Assembly (NCBI GenBank): GCA_029717555.1
Contig: JAMDHS010000003.1
Location: 310,001 to 374,000, forward strand
Reading direction: 5' to 3'
From: Peribolospora baueri
Lineage: Eukaryota
DNA: 64,000 nt
Part shown: positions 63,467-64,000 of the stretch, in pieces
Position numbering within the stretch: position 1 is the stretch's first letter
Layout: each line of letters starts with the position of its first letter
Position numbers and translations under genes: made by a program
Notes under the pieces: generated by a model
Databases searched by the model: none
Told to the model about the DNA's origin: nothing
Seen by the model: only the letters and a program-made list of their open reading frames with translations

Positions 63467-64000
63467 ATGTCGCCCTTTCACGGACTCCACCATGCCTTTC
63501 ACAAGTGGTTCAAGGAGGTGAGCCGCCGCTCCGCCCGTCTTTTTCCACCTCCCTCCCCTTTCGCCTTTCCAATCGGCTCCAGCGCATACCTGGCTCGTCT
63601 GACCGTCGACCCGTCCCGAACATCCCACTGTCGTTTCCTCCACCCCTTCTTCAGACCGATGACACGGGTCTCCCCGCCCTGCCGCACAAACTGGCCCACA
63701 AATACCGCGTGTTGGAGGCCACGCTCGGCCAGGGCTCCTTCGCGGTGGTCAAGCCGGTGGTCTTGAAAGAGACGGGCGAGGAGAGGGCGCTCAAGGTGAT
63801 CGCTAAAAAGCCTCTCAAGGAGAGCAATGAGAAGATGCTCAAGGAGGAGATACGCATCCTCGAGAGAGTTCACCATCCGAACGTCATTAGGATGTACGAC
63901 GTCGGAGAGACCAAGGAGGCTGGTGAGCGCTGTCGCCTTGCTTCCCCCTCCGCACTCGTTCTCATCCCGTACTTTCCCTCTACAGTGTTCATCATAACTG
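63467..64000 (+). CDS. Ca2+/calmodulin-dependent (CAMK-group) Ser/Thr kinase, 5' part; runs off the window
   Basis: LGQGSFAVV glycine loop, ALKVIAKK, EEIRILERVHHPNVIRMYD. Confidence 0.85.

Overview
This is intron-rich, GC-rich eukaryotic DNA. GTGAGY donors, CTRAC branch points, short introns and the gene set point to a fungus, most likely a basidiomycete yeast; that assignment is an inference. I assembled 20 protein-coding genes by hand, most of them spliced. Recognisable ones are ATP18, a COA8/APOPT1 homologue, a laccase-type multicopper oxidase, a LaeA/Tam-like methyltransferase, SERF, RPT1, VMA1, ribosomal P1, an Mss116-like DEAD-box helicase, a DHA1 MFS transporter, UBE2C/Ubc11, NADH glutamate synthase GLT1, ASF1, a CAP/PR-1 protein, DNAJC11, an Irc21-like cytochrome b5 and the 5' end of a CaM kinase. 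Four more are uncharacterised: two hypothetical genes, a degenerate mitochondrial-carrier-like gene and a His/Met-rich GPI-anchored protein. I saw no mobile element, tRNA, rRNA or CRISPR, and no convincing novel multi-gene system. The best leads are: (1) a shared telomere-like promoter motif, AGTAGGGTTATA, at nearly the same distance upstream of VMA1 and RPP1; (2) an ATG-less, spliced, in-frame presequence-like extension of GLT1; (3) a 2-nt micro-exon and a 1-nt frameshift in the laccase; (4) the orphan His/Met-rich GPI protein. All gene models are unverified by RNA data or database search.
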